Position numbers and translations under genes: made by a program. DNA of 62,196 bases, counting the filler, from Sphacelaria rigidula (Eukaryota), in NCBI GenBank assembly GCA_964200075.2. It is 11 parts of 11 records of this genome, joined end to end, with 100 filler letters (N's around TTAATTAATTAA, not from the genome) between each part and the next. Parts side by side here need not be neighbours in the genome. Positions count along the whole stretch, not along the records: positions 33,982 to 39,544 come from CAXNAA020026301.1; positions 39,645 to 45,207 come from CAXNAA020026302.1; positions 45,308 to 50,870 come from CAXNAA020026303.1; 8 more parts are not named here. One strand, given 5' to 3'. A model generated the notes under the pieces. The model was not told the DNA's origin and did not search any database. It saw nothing but the letters and a program-made list of their open reading frames with translations. This document shows positions 36,864-50,400 of the stretch, piece after piece (position 1 is the first letter of the stretch; each line of letters opens with the position of its first letter).

Positions 36864-39644
36864 ACTAAACGACTGCTGACTGTACACAGTGCCCTTACCT
36901 TTCTGGGTATTTGTGCTTGTATATGTGTTGACTGATGAAAGTTTCCAGTCAGATTTTTTAGGGTCATGTTGGTCAGTGCTCTGGGTCCAATTTTGTTGCT
37001 GGGTAGGTCTAGGGTAGCCCATCAGTTTCGAGAGCCACCAATCGAGTTGGAGTTGTTCGAAAATGCCTGGGAGTGATAATCTCCGTTTCATTGCGGTGAC
37101 CCTACTTGTGCTGCGTGGCCACTGATTTGCGTCGCAGTGGTTGTTATGGACTTCTAGATATATTGATGTGGTATTCTCCCAGGGGTGGCCGCTGATACAC
37201 TCATGCGCGTGGTGGAGCGTCCCTACTAGGTTGTATGTTATACAGTATCATACTGTACAAGTTTTTATTGAGCACTGGACCGGCACTCCCGCTTCCGGTC
37301 TCATTTCATAGATTTTTCGTCATATCACGCTCTCACGCATTTCATGAGAGACGCAAGTGCAGTAGTTGCAATAGACTATTGCGGGTAGGACTCGTACTCG
37401 CCACTCTCCGCCAAGTTCGCCGATGATATAACGCCTCATGTGTTGTTGTATATTTGTGTGTACATATATTGCGGTTGAACATCGGAAAGAGTTCGCGTAG
37501 ACGTCGATTTCGGGCACTCGGTGAAATGCTGCCTTTGTGCCTTGATTTGCCGCGGTGGGAGATTCGGATTTACCAATCCCCCCAAACTGGCTACGATGCA
37601 CCAGTTTGACCACCGGGGCGGGGTTGTATCATTTGTGTGTACTATGTACATGTATAAAAAATACGTTATATTGCAGTTGGCGGTCGGGGATAGAGTCTAG
37701 GCTTCAATTTCGGGCAATTCATTGACGAAAACGCCCCCTTACTCACTGTCACATGCTGCCATTCGTTATGCGATGATTTGCCGCCGTTATCGCGCGAGCT
37801 TTCTGTGTGCGAGTTTGTGAGATATTGATGAGTTTTATTTTGAAACATGCAGGATTTGCTGCATGCTGGCTGTACCATAATATGGTATCTGTTTACAATA
37901 ATGCGATAGTGTCTTGCTCAGTAATGCTGATGCTGACTCCATTCCCATTGCCCCTTGTACGGCAGTAAAGAACCGAGTCATCCTCGAGTACTGTATACAT
38001 GATGTCGTGAGTGGGGCCTGAACGGTACAAAAGTCCGTGTGTGAAGCATAGAATTTCTGGTGACATGTCTCTCCCTTGAAATATGGTCAGTACTTTTTGG
38101 CAGCCGGTTGCTTGTGGTAATCTCGAGTTGCTGAGCTCTTTATAATTTGTTACCCACATTGCGAGCATTTTGGATATATTGTGCCGTGCTGTTTCGTGCC
38201 GTGCCGTACGCCCACGCGTGTACTTAATTAATTAGTACAGTGCTCGCAAGAATGTGTTTCGTGTTGTCAGTGCAGACATCGAAGTTTGACGTTTCAGCTT
38301 ATTTAGGCTGGTGGATGTATACGATCGGTTGAGTGGGGCATCTTGGCCTTGGCGACGGGCTTCATAGAATAGAGGAGACTGCATGGAATATGCTGCGGGT
38401 CTAGATAGAAATCGAGTGAAAATATTTTTCACAGAGCAGCGAGGGAAGGGACGGGGGGGGAGGGAGGGTAGAGGTCCTGAACCTTCTGGCTTGAGAGTGG
38501 AGCCAGGACGCGATGTGATCAGTTTGTTGTGCAGGAGAACTATCCAACGGTGTCGAGATTGAGGACGGTCCTACTCGAGAGAACAGTGTGGAGTCAACAA
38601 GCGGAGAGCATTCGGGTACAGTGCAGTCAGTGCACGCTCTCAACAATTAAGGTACTTGAACAGGATTCCCTTGGTTGAAGTGAGATTTTGTTGACCTCCC
38701 GGGATCTTTTCGCCCTGGTGGTGCGTTACTGTTCGCTGTTGGCTTGAAGGCGTCTGCAATGTTTTGTTTCTCGTTCGATTTCAACCGTCACCTTCGAGGC
38801 AGAACATACGTAGATACCAAGTACTACGATCGCTTCCGGGCATTCGAATGAGGTGATAACGATGTTTCACTTAATGACATGGGCTTTTTCGCCATCTTAT
38901 GGACACTCGAAGCACCTCGCGCTGTTTGCGCGTTGTTCATAGTCTCAAATATCGTCTCCTGGGTTGGTTGCGGTCGGATGGCTTGTCCGTGTCGAGTTGC
39001 GATTGGTGCTACATGACCCGCCGAGCGTTCTCAGGAGAATGTGTCCTGGAAGCGAACAGTTTACCCATTGACCCAGAAAGCCAGAATGTACCCTTCCGTT
39101 CATGTGCACGAGCGCCAACTTCAACCCTCACCAGGGACGCGAGGGATAAAATCCCACCACCGCCAGACGCTGACATGAACCACACGCAGCGCCACAGCCT
39201 AGCGCAAACGAAACCTCGAGAACCAAGAACCGAGAACCTGTCTTATTTTCATGCTTCAAATAGACCGAGTGCGTTTGCACTTGACTCGAACTAGTAAACA
39301 ACGACGTCATTACAGCTCTTCGTGTCTTGAATGAGACAGGGCAGGCCGTGGTTGCGCAGGTGCGTGCCTTTCACCTGTCGCACTATGCTCGCGGATCTCT
39401 GTATTTCCGTGGTAAATGAAGCGTCGTTTTTTACCGTGCGCTCGTTTGTTCCCTTCGTATTTTCCAAGGCTCCTCTCGGGAATATTCCCGCGGGAAAAAT
39501 ACCGCGGTATTTCCACGGGAATGGGAAATGGGATCGTTCCCGTGNNNNNNNNNNNNNNNNNNNNNNNNNNNNNNNNNNNNNNNNNNNNTTAATTAATTAA
39601 NNNNNNNNNNNNNNNNNNNNNNNNNNNNNNNNNNNNNNNNNNNN

Positions 39645-40209
39645 TGTGAGCCTGGTCCGGCGAAAACCTGGTGTGCTCCGTCCCGGCTTTGTAGGGATAC
39701 GAGGTCAATGGTCTAGTGACTATGGCATGCATGATCACGAGTACACCCCCCCCTCCCCCACTTGCCAGAAAGAAGAAAGAGATATACCAGTAGTAGTCGA
39801 GACGAGGAGCAAGTAGATGCACAGAATTGCCCCTGTGGTAATGCAGTAGACAGCAGGACTCATAAAGTGGCAGAATGTCAACTATACAAGGAGGAACGGG
39901 ACGTGCTAGAGGGGAATATGCGGAACGTGAACGAAGGCGGCATGAAATCGTCTGATGCATTAGACAGTAGGGAGAAAACGATGACTATACTAGGAGATAG
40001 ATGGTGGCCGCAGACCGCGAAAGAGGACGGGGAGAAGATATATAGAAGGTTTTGTGTACGTAGTGTATGGAAGAAACGTAATGATCACCAAAATGTTGGA
40101 GGTGTCTCGATTAGGAGTGGAAACCGTGCTCCGTCTCGAAAGGGATGCGTGGTCAATGGTCAAACGACTAAGGCAAGCAACAGATGAGTACGCCTCCCCC
40201 CCCCCCCCC
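39645..40209 (+). mobile_element. Head-to-tail chain B - A of poly(C)-tailed retroposons
   Basis: B ends ...CACGAGTACA + C-tract 39746-39759. A (39761-40209) encodes LPERRKRYTSS...CPCG...H..AECQLYKEER...ILGDRWWPQ...[14 protein letters not shown], then GTACG + C-tract. Confidence 0.9.
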
Positions 40210-40445
40210 GTCCTTTTCGATCCTATTGAAGGGATGTATGTTCGTCACCAGCAGCTACTGTGGCTGTGCCAGCAAACGATTGCGACTCTCTCTGTCCTCC
40301 GCCTCGTTGTATACTTGTCTCTGAAACCAGTAGGCTCTATCTCAGATTGTCCTCCAGATAATACTAATTGCACCTGTCGTGGCATTTTCGCTTCATGTCT
40401 TTCCCATACTCCATGCATTGGTGCGGTTGTCGCTTGAGCGTACAG

Positions 40446-42950
40446 GGTGTCTGCTCCTCGGCGTTCAAGACGGCATCGTTCACGGTGGTAGAGTGGTGGT
40501 ACCCGTCATCCCGCGAGAGAGGGCTAGGGCGCGGCCCATTGCCCGTGCTTGTCGGGCTGCGAAACGATGACTCGGCCAAATGGGCGCTATCTGATCCCCG
40601 GGTCGTGTTATGGAGCGGTTGGTCGACGAGAGCGTGTGGATCAACAGCCAATTGATATACCCCGCGGTTATGTCAGCCTTCTTTCTCAACCCCGCATTGG
40701 ACGCGTCCACCATCGTGTGGAACGCTGGACCTTTCGGGTGGAGCGACCTAGGTTGGTCGGTGATGTTTGTGTGGCACCTGGCGCAAACGTCGTTCCTCGC
40801 GTATGCGACCGTCATGACCACGTACGCCATGTATGTGCGCTAGGCCCGGTCTTGCGGGGTCGACACGTATCGTGCGAAAGCTGGACGCTATGGGCGTGGC
40901 CGACTTGGCCCGTGGGCTGGTGAGTACTGGCGACCGTGACTACGACCATAGGCGAGTTGCTTTGCTGCATTAAGAGTATATCATCGTGTGATCGAATATA
41001 TAGATAGTATCGGCGCCTCATCCTCATCGTATTTGAAAAAGACGGCTCGTCCGAACACCGATGGACTGCTGCGATGAAGGCGATGTTTCATTTCATGCGG
41101 GCGAACCCGGCATCATGGCGCTGTTTTCCGTGAGCTTGTCATGGCGACGTGCGCCCTGTGGGCCCGCCCGTAAAGCCTAGCGACCTCCTGTCGCGGGGGG
41201 CCCGCTCATAGGCTGCAAGCCCGGGATAGGGAAGGCGGAGTGCCTCCCCTGAAGAGGAGATGAGAATTTTGAGAGATGGCAAGAGCTAAATATAGTTTCC
41301 GAACCACCCTGACGAGTTTGCAGTTTCGCTGTGGTTCCTGGCTCCGTCAAGGGTGATGCATGTGATACAGAGTTGTTCGCTAGGACACACTCGGATACCG
41401 CTGCATGGACACCCATGCATGCTTGTGAAGACCAAGTTTTGTCGCGTCCCACGCCGCGTGCGTTTTCTTGAGACACGCGACGCGCCTGTCTTTTCCAATT
41501 CACAATCATGAGGTGCTCAAGGTTTTACTTGGGCACAGATAGTGCGTGCTTTTTGTGCTTGGGCACACCATTTTTGCTACAAATACCTGCTGGTCGGCAA
41601 TAGTTTCACGGCCTGCCTGCCTCCCCCTCTCCTTCCCCCGTTCCCCATAAATGCTAACGCTTGGTCGACGTTCAGGCGAGATGCGCAGACCGCGCGACGC
41701 GCCACACATCAGCAACCTGATCACTGGTGCTGTGGGTCGGGTAACACTCGCGATACACGCTGGCACACCCTACCTTTGCCCTGAGCCAAACAGGCGTTGC
41801 TTACCACGGCGTTCGACCAGCGGGGCATTTTTCGTCGTTATTTCTTCGATTTTGGTATGCTACAATCGTTGGGTTTTGCGAATGGCTCCACATCAAAGGT
41901 CGGATTTAAATAAGTACCGAATACCCCCCACGACAAGGGATGCAGAGAATATTCTGAACACCGTGTCGGTATGTTCTGCAGAGTTTGGTCCAGGTCTTGA
42001 CGGGTGCCTGGGTTTTACCCCATGTATGTAGTTGTAGATGCTGTAGAGCTGAAAACGTGGGCCTGGCAGGAAACGCTAGAGACGACTGAGCTCCGCTACG
42101 CTTGCTCCGACCGCCGTTTTCGGCTCCTGCAGACTGTTTTGTTTTTCGCCAGGACAGCGAATCTGCTGGCTTGCGTGGCTGTTGTTGTCGATTTCTTTTT
42201 TTCGCTTCAATTCGACGGTAGCCTGCCGTAGCTGGGAGATATTTTGCATCATGTGACACTTGGGGGAACGATCCCGGTGCCGGGCAAGCGGTGGTAGCAT
42301 CCTGCAGCAGCTCCTAGTCGATATCTTCCCGTACCATATACCTGTAGTATGTTTTTGTTTTCATGTCGGTTTTTCTTTTTCGTTGTTTCAGGGGAATTTT
42401 GGCTCGTTCGCTGTGCTGATTTACTCGTGTCTTACTGCGAGCGGATTTAGTGTGGCATGTAAGAAGGGTACACACGCGTTTTCGGGCAAGCGACGCCGTT
42501 GAGTTTGACACCGCGCACCTCCGCCATCATGATGACTTGGACTCATTGTTTCGAGTCGGCGACAAGGCCATCCTCGGCCCTATTTGAAAACCCTGACGCA
42601 TTTTTGGTGTTATGTAGATCGCCTTGAGGTTCTCCGTTCCTTCCCCCGCCTTCCTTGCTTTCAGTGTGGAAGCGTTATTGGGTTGTCCTTGAGCCCTGTT
42701 ATTCAGTGCTCAGTTTGTAAAGGGCATCTGGAGCGCTTGCTGTTCTGACTTGTTGGTGCCTTGCTGCGACCGTATTCAGCGGTAGACGTATGGGTAAACA
42801 TGCACATGTTTGCCGGAGGCGCCGTTTCATTTTCTTGGCCACAGACCGTTACGGCCGATGTGTACAGCAAGTACAGGGAGCAGTCTCGCTCGCACTGATG
42901 CTGAAACGTCCCCAGTGGGTATGGTTACAGATACTGTCATACCGTTGACA
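40446..42950 (+). pseudogene. Possible decayed multi-exon membrane-protein gene
   Basis: Hydrophobic protein-like segments with splice-like borders: ERLVDESVWINSQLIYPAVMSAFFL...WSVMFVWHLAQTSFLAY (40610-40830, donor gtatgt) and ETLETTELRYACSDRRFRLLQTVLFFARTANLLACVAVVVDFFF (from 42071). Both have in-frame stops or frameshifts nearby. Confidence 0.25.
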
Positions 42951-43617
42951 ACGCAGGGCTTGTTTACGTATTGCTTGCATGGTGTCGGAGCCCCAGTTTT
43001 TTTCGTGTTTTTATCGTCAAGGACAAGCGTACTTTCGCACATACCCTCTGGGGGAACGGAAGACGGGGAACCCCTCAAAATAGTTTCAGGGAGGTCGGGG
43101 GGTTGAGGTCGTCCATATACTGAAGTCTTAAAATACCGTGGTATCGTAGGTATCGTAGGTTTGAGTTGTGAAAATACCCGATCGAGCGGGTACGGTAGGT
43201 ATTGACATGTCGAAATATCGTGGTATCGTAGGTATATCGTAGGTATGACATTTGAAAATACCCGATTGGATCGGTATCGTTAGGGTATGAGATGTCCCAA
43301 TTATCGGTACCGGGTACCAACCTTACCTTCGGCGCCTGTGGTGACCTCGGAATTCTACAGGAACAACAGGTTTGAAACGGTTCACCATGAGATCAAAATA
43401 CTCCCCAAACCATGGTGCTGCATTTCAGTGATGCGGGATCTTAGCGTCGTCAGCTTTCCACTGCATGGTGTGATGGTATGCCCGAAGGACCCAAGAAGCT
43501 TCCCCACGGTTTCCCTTGCATCTGTCGTAGAAGAGCTCAGATCGCTCTAAACACTTGGCAGTCCCGCAGGTATATTGGTGCCTAAATGGCAAGAAGAGTG
43601 TACTGTTGGCAATATTT

Positions 43618-43867
43618 GACACTTACTACGATAGCCCCCCCCCCTCAAAAGTGCATGGTTTTAGGAGGCAAAGTCATCACATAAATCGAAAGGGGGAAAG
43701 CCGAGCACAACGAAAAGCTCAGAATTCCCACGCTTGGGTTCGTCTAGCCAATGTCGCCAGTATGAGGCGCTTCATGCAGCCTGACCCCAAACATCAGGCG
43801 CTGTATGGTCATTTTTTTTGTGGCACTTTTGAGCTGGTTTTGGGGGGGGGCTATCGTAGAAAGTGTC
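43618..43867. mobile_element. MITE of about 250 bp with TIR GACACTT(T/A)CTACGATAG(C)n
   Basis: TIRs at 43618 (GACACTTACTACGATAGCCCCCC) and ending 43867 (GGGGGGCTATCGTAGAAAGTGTC); flanked by ATTT on both sides. Confidence 0.8.
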
Positions 43868-43916
43868 ATTTCAGAGTGTCCACCGCCTTCCGGGGGTCCC
43901 AGCGTGAAGACCCCCA

Positions 43917-44160
43917 GACACTTTCTACGATAGCCCCCCCTACAAAAGGTGCCTGGTTTCGGGAGGCAAAATCTCCACGTAAATCGAAGTACAAAAAGCC
44001 GAGCGCAACGAGCAGGTGGAAATTCCCACGCTTGGGTTCGATCTCGCCCGTATGAGGCGCTTCATGCAGCCTGAACCCAAACATCGAGCGCTGTATGATC
44101 TTTTTTTTCGTGACACTTTTGGGCTGGTTTTGGGGGGGGGGGGGTATCGTAGAAAGTGTC
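43917..44160. mobile_element. Second copy of the same MITE
   Basis: Same TIRs and same internal sequence (GTATGAGGCGCTTCATGCAGCCTGA.CCCAAACATC); flanks CCCA/CCCG. A third, partial copy lies at 56634-56769. Confidence 0.8.
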
Positions 44161-45307
44161 CCCGGAAGGTAGTAAAGAATGCCCGAAATAATGAAAATAA
44201 AATTGTGCGTCCCCAGGTTAACTCGGGAACCTCATACAGGTTTTTTCGCATTGGCGTTGAACATACTCGGAAAAGACGTTGAATACCAAAATCGAATAGT
44301 TAGAAGTTTGCACGTTTCAAGCTCACTTAATCGTACAATGGCGCAAAACTTCACGCTGTTCTTGGGATTAGACTATCCATAGAACTTTGCACACACGTAC
44401 TAATGACCATTACAACTATTATTTCGATGGATGAGTTTCTTTTTATTTCATGACGTTTCACGCGTTTTTGAGGGTGCCACAGGGTCCAAGGTTCTCGGAG
44501 AGCTTCGGGACCCCGAAAACAGGTGAAAAAATCAGAAAAAGACGAAAAAAACTCGTTTATTGAAGGTTCTGAGATGAATTGTTTATTTGTGCAATTCTTC
44601 GGGGTCCAACTCCCAAAAACGGCGCGAGGCTATGCAGCTGAATATTTCCAGGGTGGTGATGACCGTGAACCAGCCTGTATTCCGCGGGGACAGATTCTTA
44701 TGGTCCCTCAGCATACCGCATGTAACAATGTATGTGCTCGTGATATTAAGAGTAAAGGATGCGATTGAGAGTAAGGAGCGGTCAATTAATGAATATATAG
44801 TTTCGATCCCAAAATGCCCTTCCACGAGGACGAATACGCTTTCTGTAGTAGCTTACCACTGAAGCCCTTGATATCGCTGAGTAGGGTATCGACGTCTAAG
44901 CACACGCCAGTGTTACAGGCAAAGAAAACACACACAGAATGTAAAATTGGTCAGGTTGAAGCGAATAATGAAGTCCACCCTCAATCAACGTTCTACTCTC
45001 AATCTCACGAAAACAGTGTTGTGTATCGTTCCGAATCCAAAATCATCGTTATTCGTAGCCCTGTTCCCAGGCGGACGGAGACATTTGGGGTAACCTTTTC
45101 TTCCTTGATTCATCCTTGCTCCTCATCTCTCCGTGCCCAAAAATCCAAGAATCTTCTTCGCTTTTTCCCTGGGGCGTGTACTTTCCGGGGGGAGGGGGGG
45201 GGGGGGGNNNNNNNNNNNNNNNNNNNNNNNNNNNNNNNNNNNNNNNNNNNNTTAATTAATTAANNNNNNNNNNNNNNNNNNNNNNNNNNNNNNNNNNNNN
45301 NNNNNNN

Positions 45308-45420
45308 CGCATGAAGGGTGAGCTGCATCCTATTAAGATTGTTCGGCCAGAAACCTACTGATATTCTTGCATTCGGATGACAGCCTACAATGGGTTGCTT
45401 TATTCTGTGGTATCGCCACA
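45308..45420 (-). mobile_element. Internal fragment of retroposon family B
   Basis: Reverse complement aligns to about 54533-54645 (AGCAAC.CATT..AGGCTGTCA.CC.AATGCAAGA...AGGATGCAGCTCACCCTTCATGCG). Confidence 0.7.
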
Positions 45421-46330
45421 ATCACGCGCAAGGGGTGTATGGATATTGTCGCAGGTCGAAACGCGGACCGCCTTCCGCACGAGAAGAAGAAGCAACAGCA
45501 GCAGTATCAGCAGCATCTTTACTGCCAGTAGATGTACGCGGCTAATTGGTGGGTCTAAATCAGCCGGTGCCGATACTGCTGCTGCTGCTGCTGCCGTTCT
45601 TCCTCATGGGAGAGACGGTCCGCGTTTCGATTGCGCTTATACACAAACGCATCTTGCGCGTAATAGCCATCGTGCTTCAAAGTACTGGTCTGTTCTACCC
45701 GCCGATGGGTCCATGCTTCCCCAGTAGGCTAAGTAAGTGCTGGGGAGATATAGCTGTTAGCAAATCGCTGTGCGAGCCGTGCACGTCGGGTGTATCTCGC
45801 ACGCGTGGCTGCTGCTGGTGATGGGAATAATGCCAGCGTTCTATACAGCACAGGGAAAACGAGTGATATGCAGTTGTACTGAAAATGCTGTGTGGGTAAG
45901 AACACGCAAACAGATCATAGTCTATTTCAAGTAGGGAGGAGGCAATAACGCGCCAGGCGCATGGGTATTGTCGCACGTCGAAACACGGACCGCCTCCCGC
46001 ACGAGAGGAAGCAGCAACATCATCTTAACTGTCAGTAGATGGACGCGGCTGAGGGTGGGTCTGAATCAGCCGGTGCCGATTCTGCTGCTGCTGCTGCTCT
46101 TCATTGTAGACGGGCCGCGTTCCGACCGTGCGACGACACCCACGCACCTTGCGAGTGATAGCCACTGGGCTGGCCAGCGCTGGTACGTACTACCCGCCGA
46201 TGGGTCCATGCTTGCTCACTCGGCGAAGTTCTGGGAGATATAGCTGTGCGCATCTCTCTGTGGGAGCTGTGCACGTGGAGTGTGTCTCCCACGCGTGGCT
46301 ACTGCTGGTGATGGGATTGAAGCCAGCGTG
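45420..46330. repeat. Diverged direct duplication (units about 45420-45845 and 45947-46330)
   Basis: Shared blocks TATTGTCGCA.GTCGAAAC.CGGACCGCCT, AATCAGCCGGTGCCGAT, TACCCGCCGATGGGTCCATGCTT and GGTGATGGGA in the same order. Confidence 0.85.
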
Positions 46331-47445
46331 GCTACTGCTCGTGACGGGAAGCCAACCGTCTGTACCATGAAGAGCCCAACAGCCCACGCCTTGCAACCAT
46401 ATGAAGTTAGGATCTTAAATAGGACCGACAGTCCCTAGTGCTGCCGCGCGTGCTTAGGCGGTATCTTGTCAAAGTTTCTTCGACTCGAACGAGTTCGTGC
46501 GGCGGAACCGTTCCAGTTTGCTTCGCCAGGTTTGGGTCCGAGCGAATTCGCACGCTTTGAATCGAAAAGGCTAAGCGAAATTCGTGAAGCGGTACTTCTT
46601 ACTTGTATTCAATAGACAGCACAGTACAGACAGCACAGGCCGTACAGCGACAGTGGCGACCTGTACTGTCTAGATGGCGTGTGTGTTTCGTCCACCATGC
46701 AGGCGCGATGTGGAAAGGAAGCGGGCAACGCGACGTACAGGCAGCGAACCTTTCTGAATCTCTGCATACAGGAGGATGCCAAGCAAATTTGAAACACGTG
46801 CAGTTTTGCACCGCCTCTACTGTCCATGAGTGCGTTAGCAATTCGATCGCCCACCCCAACACGCAACTCAGTTGGTGGACCCTGTCACAAAATTAGATGC
46901 CCAAGTTTTCGCCAACAATAAGAAACACATCATGCCAAAAGTGTGGTGTCGATTTCCTACCACCGCAGTGTATGAATCCCTGCGCTCAGTTCGTGATCTA
47001 TGCCGCAGGGTTGAGTAGGTAGCTGCGAATGAACCGTACGGGTTTTGCGTAATTTTGCGAAAGGGTGGTATCTGGCACGGTTGTCTGCAACACAGGAGTT
47101 ACGTGCCCCCTGCTCGTTCATTCCGCTGCTCGTCTCGCTCGAAAAACCTAAGCTTTTCTGTTTTCGACCCTGCCCGTCGCGCGCAACTGATTAAAAATGG
47201 ATTTGAAGCCATCTGGGAACATGAATGCCATGGACGTATCTGATGCGGCCTCGTAGCGACCGATTCGATTCGACCGCATGTTTTCGAGTCGATTTTTTTT
47301 CAAGACACGGCCTCAGGTCAGCAGTTCACAGTGATCTATCTATCCTTCGCCACGGGCCACGGAATACACTGGTGTTACAACCGGTTGGGCAGAACAAGGT
47401 GATAGGCCTGCTACAAATAGGGGTGAGCAGAGTGTTACTGAGGAG

Positions 47446-50400
47446 TTGCGAGAGGTACGTAGTCAGATCAGCTCCTCGACTCAGCTCATGCGTGATATGC
47501 AGCCAAGCCAAGCTACATTACAGGGTAACATGGACAACATGAGGTCAGAAAAAAAGGCCTGGGGCGCAGAAAACAACGGCGTTCTCGATAGTGAAGGCTC
47601 CCATAGTCAACAGGGGAAATTCGACATAAATAGAACAGTAGAGAACGCGGTGCTGGAGTTCGACGAGAGCGACAGTACATCGGGAGCCAAGCTGTTCCAG
47701 AGGACGGAGCGCGCGACGCAATGGACAACGAGGCCACCAGTGACGAAGCTAGGGGCTTTGTCTCCGCACGTGAGTAAATCCAAATAAACGATACAAGTGG
47801 AAATGTGTCAGGGGTTCCCGCTTTTCGACAAAACGTCCCAAATTTTTCAGGGAAGAGCGCTGGTTATGCTCGGTACAGGCATGAGCTGGTCAACTTCGCA
47901 AGGGGCGAAGGAATTGACAGGGTGTTCACCATGGCTGGCAATAGTTCTCAAGATGTAGATGTCGGTAATCCTGAGAGAGAGATGGGGTATCTGGAGAGCA
48001 GACAGGGGAAGGACACAGTGGCAGCCAACGTAAGGGCCAGACGAATGCTTGTAGCTAGTTTAGAAGGAAGGAGAGAGCAAGATATTTTGCCTAGAACCCT
48101 CTCACCTGCTGCGGTTTGGAGAAAACTCGAGGATGTCTTTCGCCCTGAAGCAAATGGGGCAAGAACCGCTTTGTTGGAAAAGTTCGATGGAGTCAAGATT
48201 GGTGTCCGTGATGATCCAGAGCAGAAGCTGCTCGAGATGGAGGAACTTACACGTAACCTGAATTCATACGAGGAGCATGAACGACTTAACGAAAACCATG
48301 TTCTCTTGAAAATTTCTCAACGCGTTGCCTTGCGAGTATCACATTCAGAAACAATTGCTCGAGGATCGAGAGGGACCGCTGACACGGGAGGTTGTGTTGA
48401 CTTCGATCCGAAAGCGCTTCGAATCTACATCTTTGAAGCAGGAACTTGCCCGGGGAAGGAAGTCATCCCCGGGTGACCAGGCTCTCCCTGCCAGGGGTGG
48501 AGACCGGGAAACCGAGCGGTGCGCACCGCAAGGGAAAACCGGGAAAACCCCAGGGCTCTGGTCAGAAAAACGGCGGGAGCCAAAGTTCGAGTAGCTCTGG
48601 GTCGGCATCGTCGGACGGCAAACCGGTGACTGGGCAGCTGCTCCGCTGCCACATTTGCAACGAGAACACGACGCATCGAGCCAGGAACTGCCCAAAGAGA
48701 TACTGCGGGAGGTGCGGTCAGCAGGGGCACACGTTCTGGGACTGCCCGAGATCGACTGAGAAGAAATAAGACGAGGTGATGGCGACGGGCGCGGCCGACG
48801 ACAGCGACAGCTCCTCTGTCTATTCGGTGGCGGATGGGGAGGTTTTCCCCTCTCTTGACATCACCATCAACGGCGGCACAGGCGAGTGTGCATTGAGTGT
48901 TAAGCGGGAGGGTGATAGTCAGCAGGGTGAGGGCGAACCGTGGATATTTGACACGGGGGCTACCCAGCATTTCCCCCGCGATTCTCATGAGATGACTAGG
49001 TACAGAGAGTGCAAGGGTAGGATACTACGGTGCGCGGGAGGTAGTACTTACCCCATCGTAGGCAGAGGAAATTTGTCTCTTGCCTTCAGATCTGACGGAC
49101 AGGATGTAATCCTAAAACTAGTGGATGTTGACCATGTACCTGGTGTCCGTCATCACCTCTTGTCACTCACGAGGGTCCAACACATGGGACACACCTACAC
49201 TGGTTTTCGTACAGGTTTCAGGGTAGATCTCAATTTAGGCAATACACTAAATATACCGGGACAACCACGTCAACTCAGAATGTCCGCCCGCCGCCTCGAT
49301 CAAAGTGGTGCGGTGACAAGTGTGCTTCGGCATATGCTGTTATTGCCCCGGGGGCTTCGCCTAGCCCCCAGACCGCTGACATCAACGAATTTCACTGTTC
49401 CCACGCCCACGTCCACGAGGATTTTCTGAGGAAGACGGCGAAGCAGCAGGGAAAATAGCTGGCTGGGGAGCTGCAGCCTTGCCGCGGCTGCTCAGAGGCG
49501 CAGGGACTGCGGGCGCCGATTCCAAGATCGACGCACACGAGAGCAGCTAAGTCAACATCTAGGGTGTTTGTAGATCTTTCCGGGCCGAAACCAGTAAAGT
49601 CTTACGGGGGAAAGTCGTACAAGGTGATAGTCCGAGATGATCACTCACGGCACACAAAGCCGTATTTCCCCCGGAAGAAGGATAAGGCAGAGAGATACCC
49701 CGCGAAATACATTGCATGGGTCTCCCAGAGAAAAATTGCGATAGTCCGTAGCGATGACGGGGGTGAGTTTTCGGAGGGTGCATTTGGTAAACTGTGCGAC
49801 AGGGAAAAGATCAAGCAGGAGGAGACACCTGCCGACTCACCCCAGTTCAACGGTGTTGCAGAGCGAGCTTCAGGCATAATCGAAACAGCAGGCCTCGCGG
49901 CCCGAGTACAAGCATCTGAGCTGTACCCAAATGAGTCCATCCCAAATGGTGACAACCTGTGGGCTGAACAGGCAAACTGGGCGTGTCACGCCTTGAACTG
50001 TACCGCTACCTCGGCTAACTCGCACCACAAATCACCGCATGAGATCACCACCGGAAGGTGATCTCATTCCGTTCTTGAAGCTTGGTTTTTGTTGGAGGAA
50101 GCGGACAAATAAATTACAGCCGAAGGCCGAAAAATGCTGGTACTTGAGTCCAGCCTCAGGCTACCCACGTAACGCGATGTAAGTTCTGACGGTACGAGAA
50201 ACTATCTCCGTGACAAGACACGTAACATGGGCACGTACGTCCGCCGCCCTCCCCCGCACACTACAACAAGCGATCCAGACGCCGAGCGAGCTGAAGGATT
50301 CCAGCGTCGACCAAGGCCAGGGTGTGAGTGAAGACAGGACGGAAAGCTCGACAGTGGACACTTCGTCCAGCGGTTCCTCAAGCGCGCCGTCCTCCCCGCA

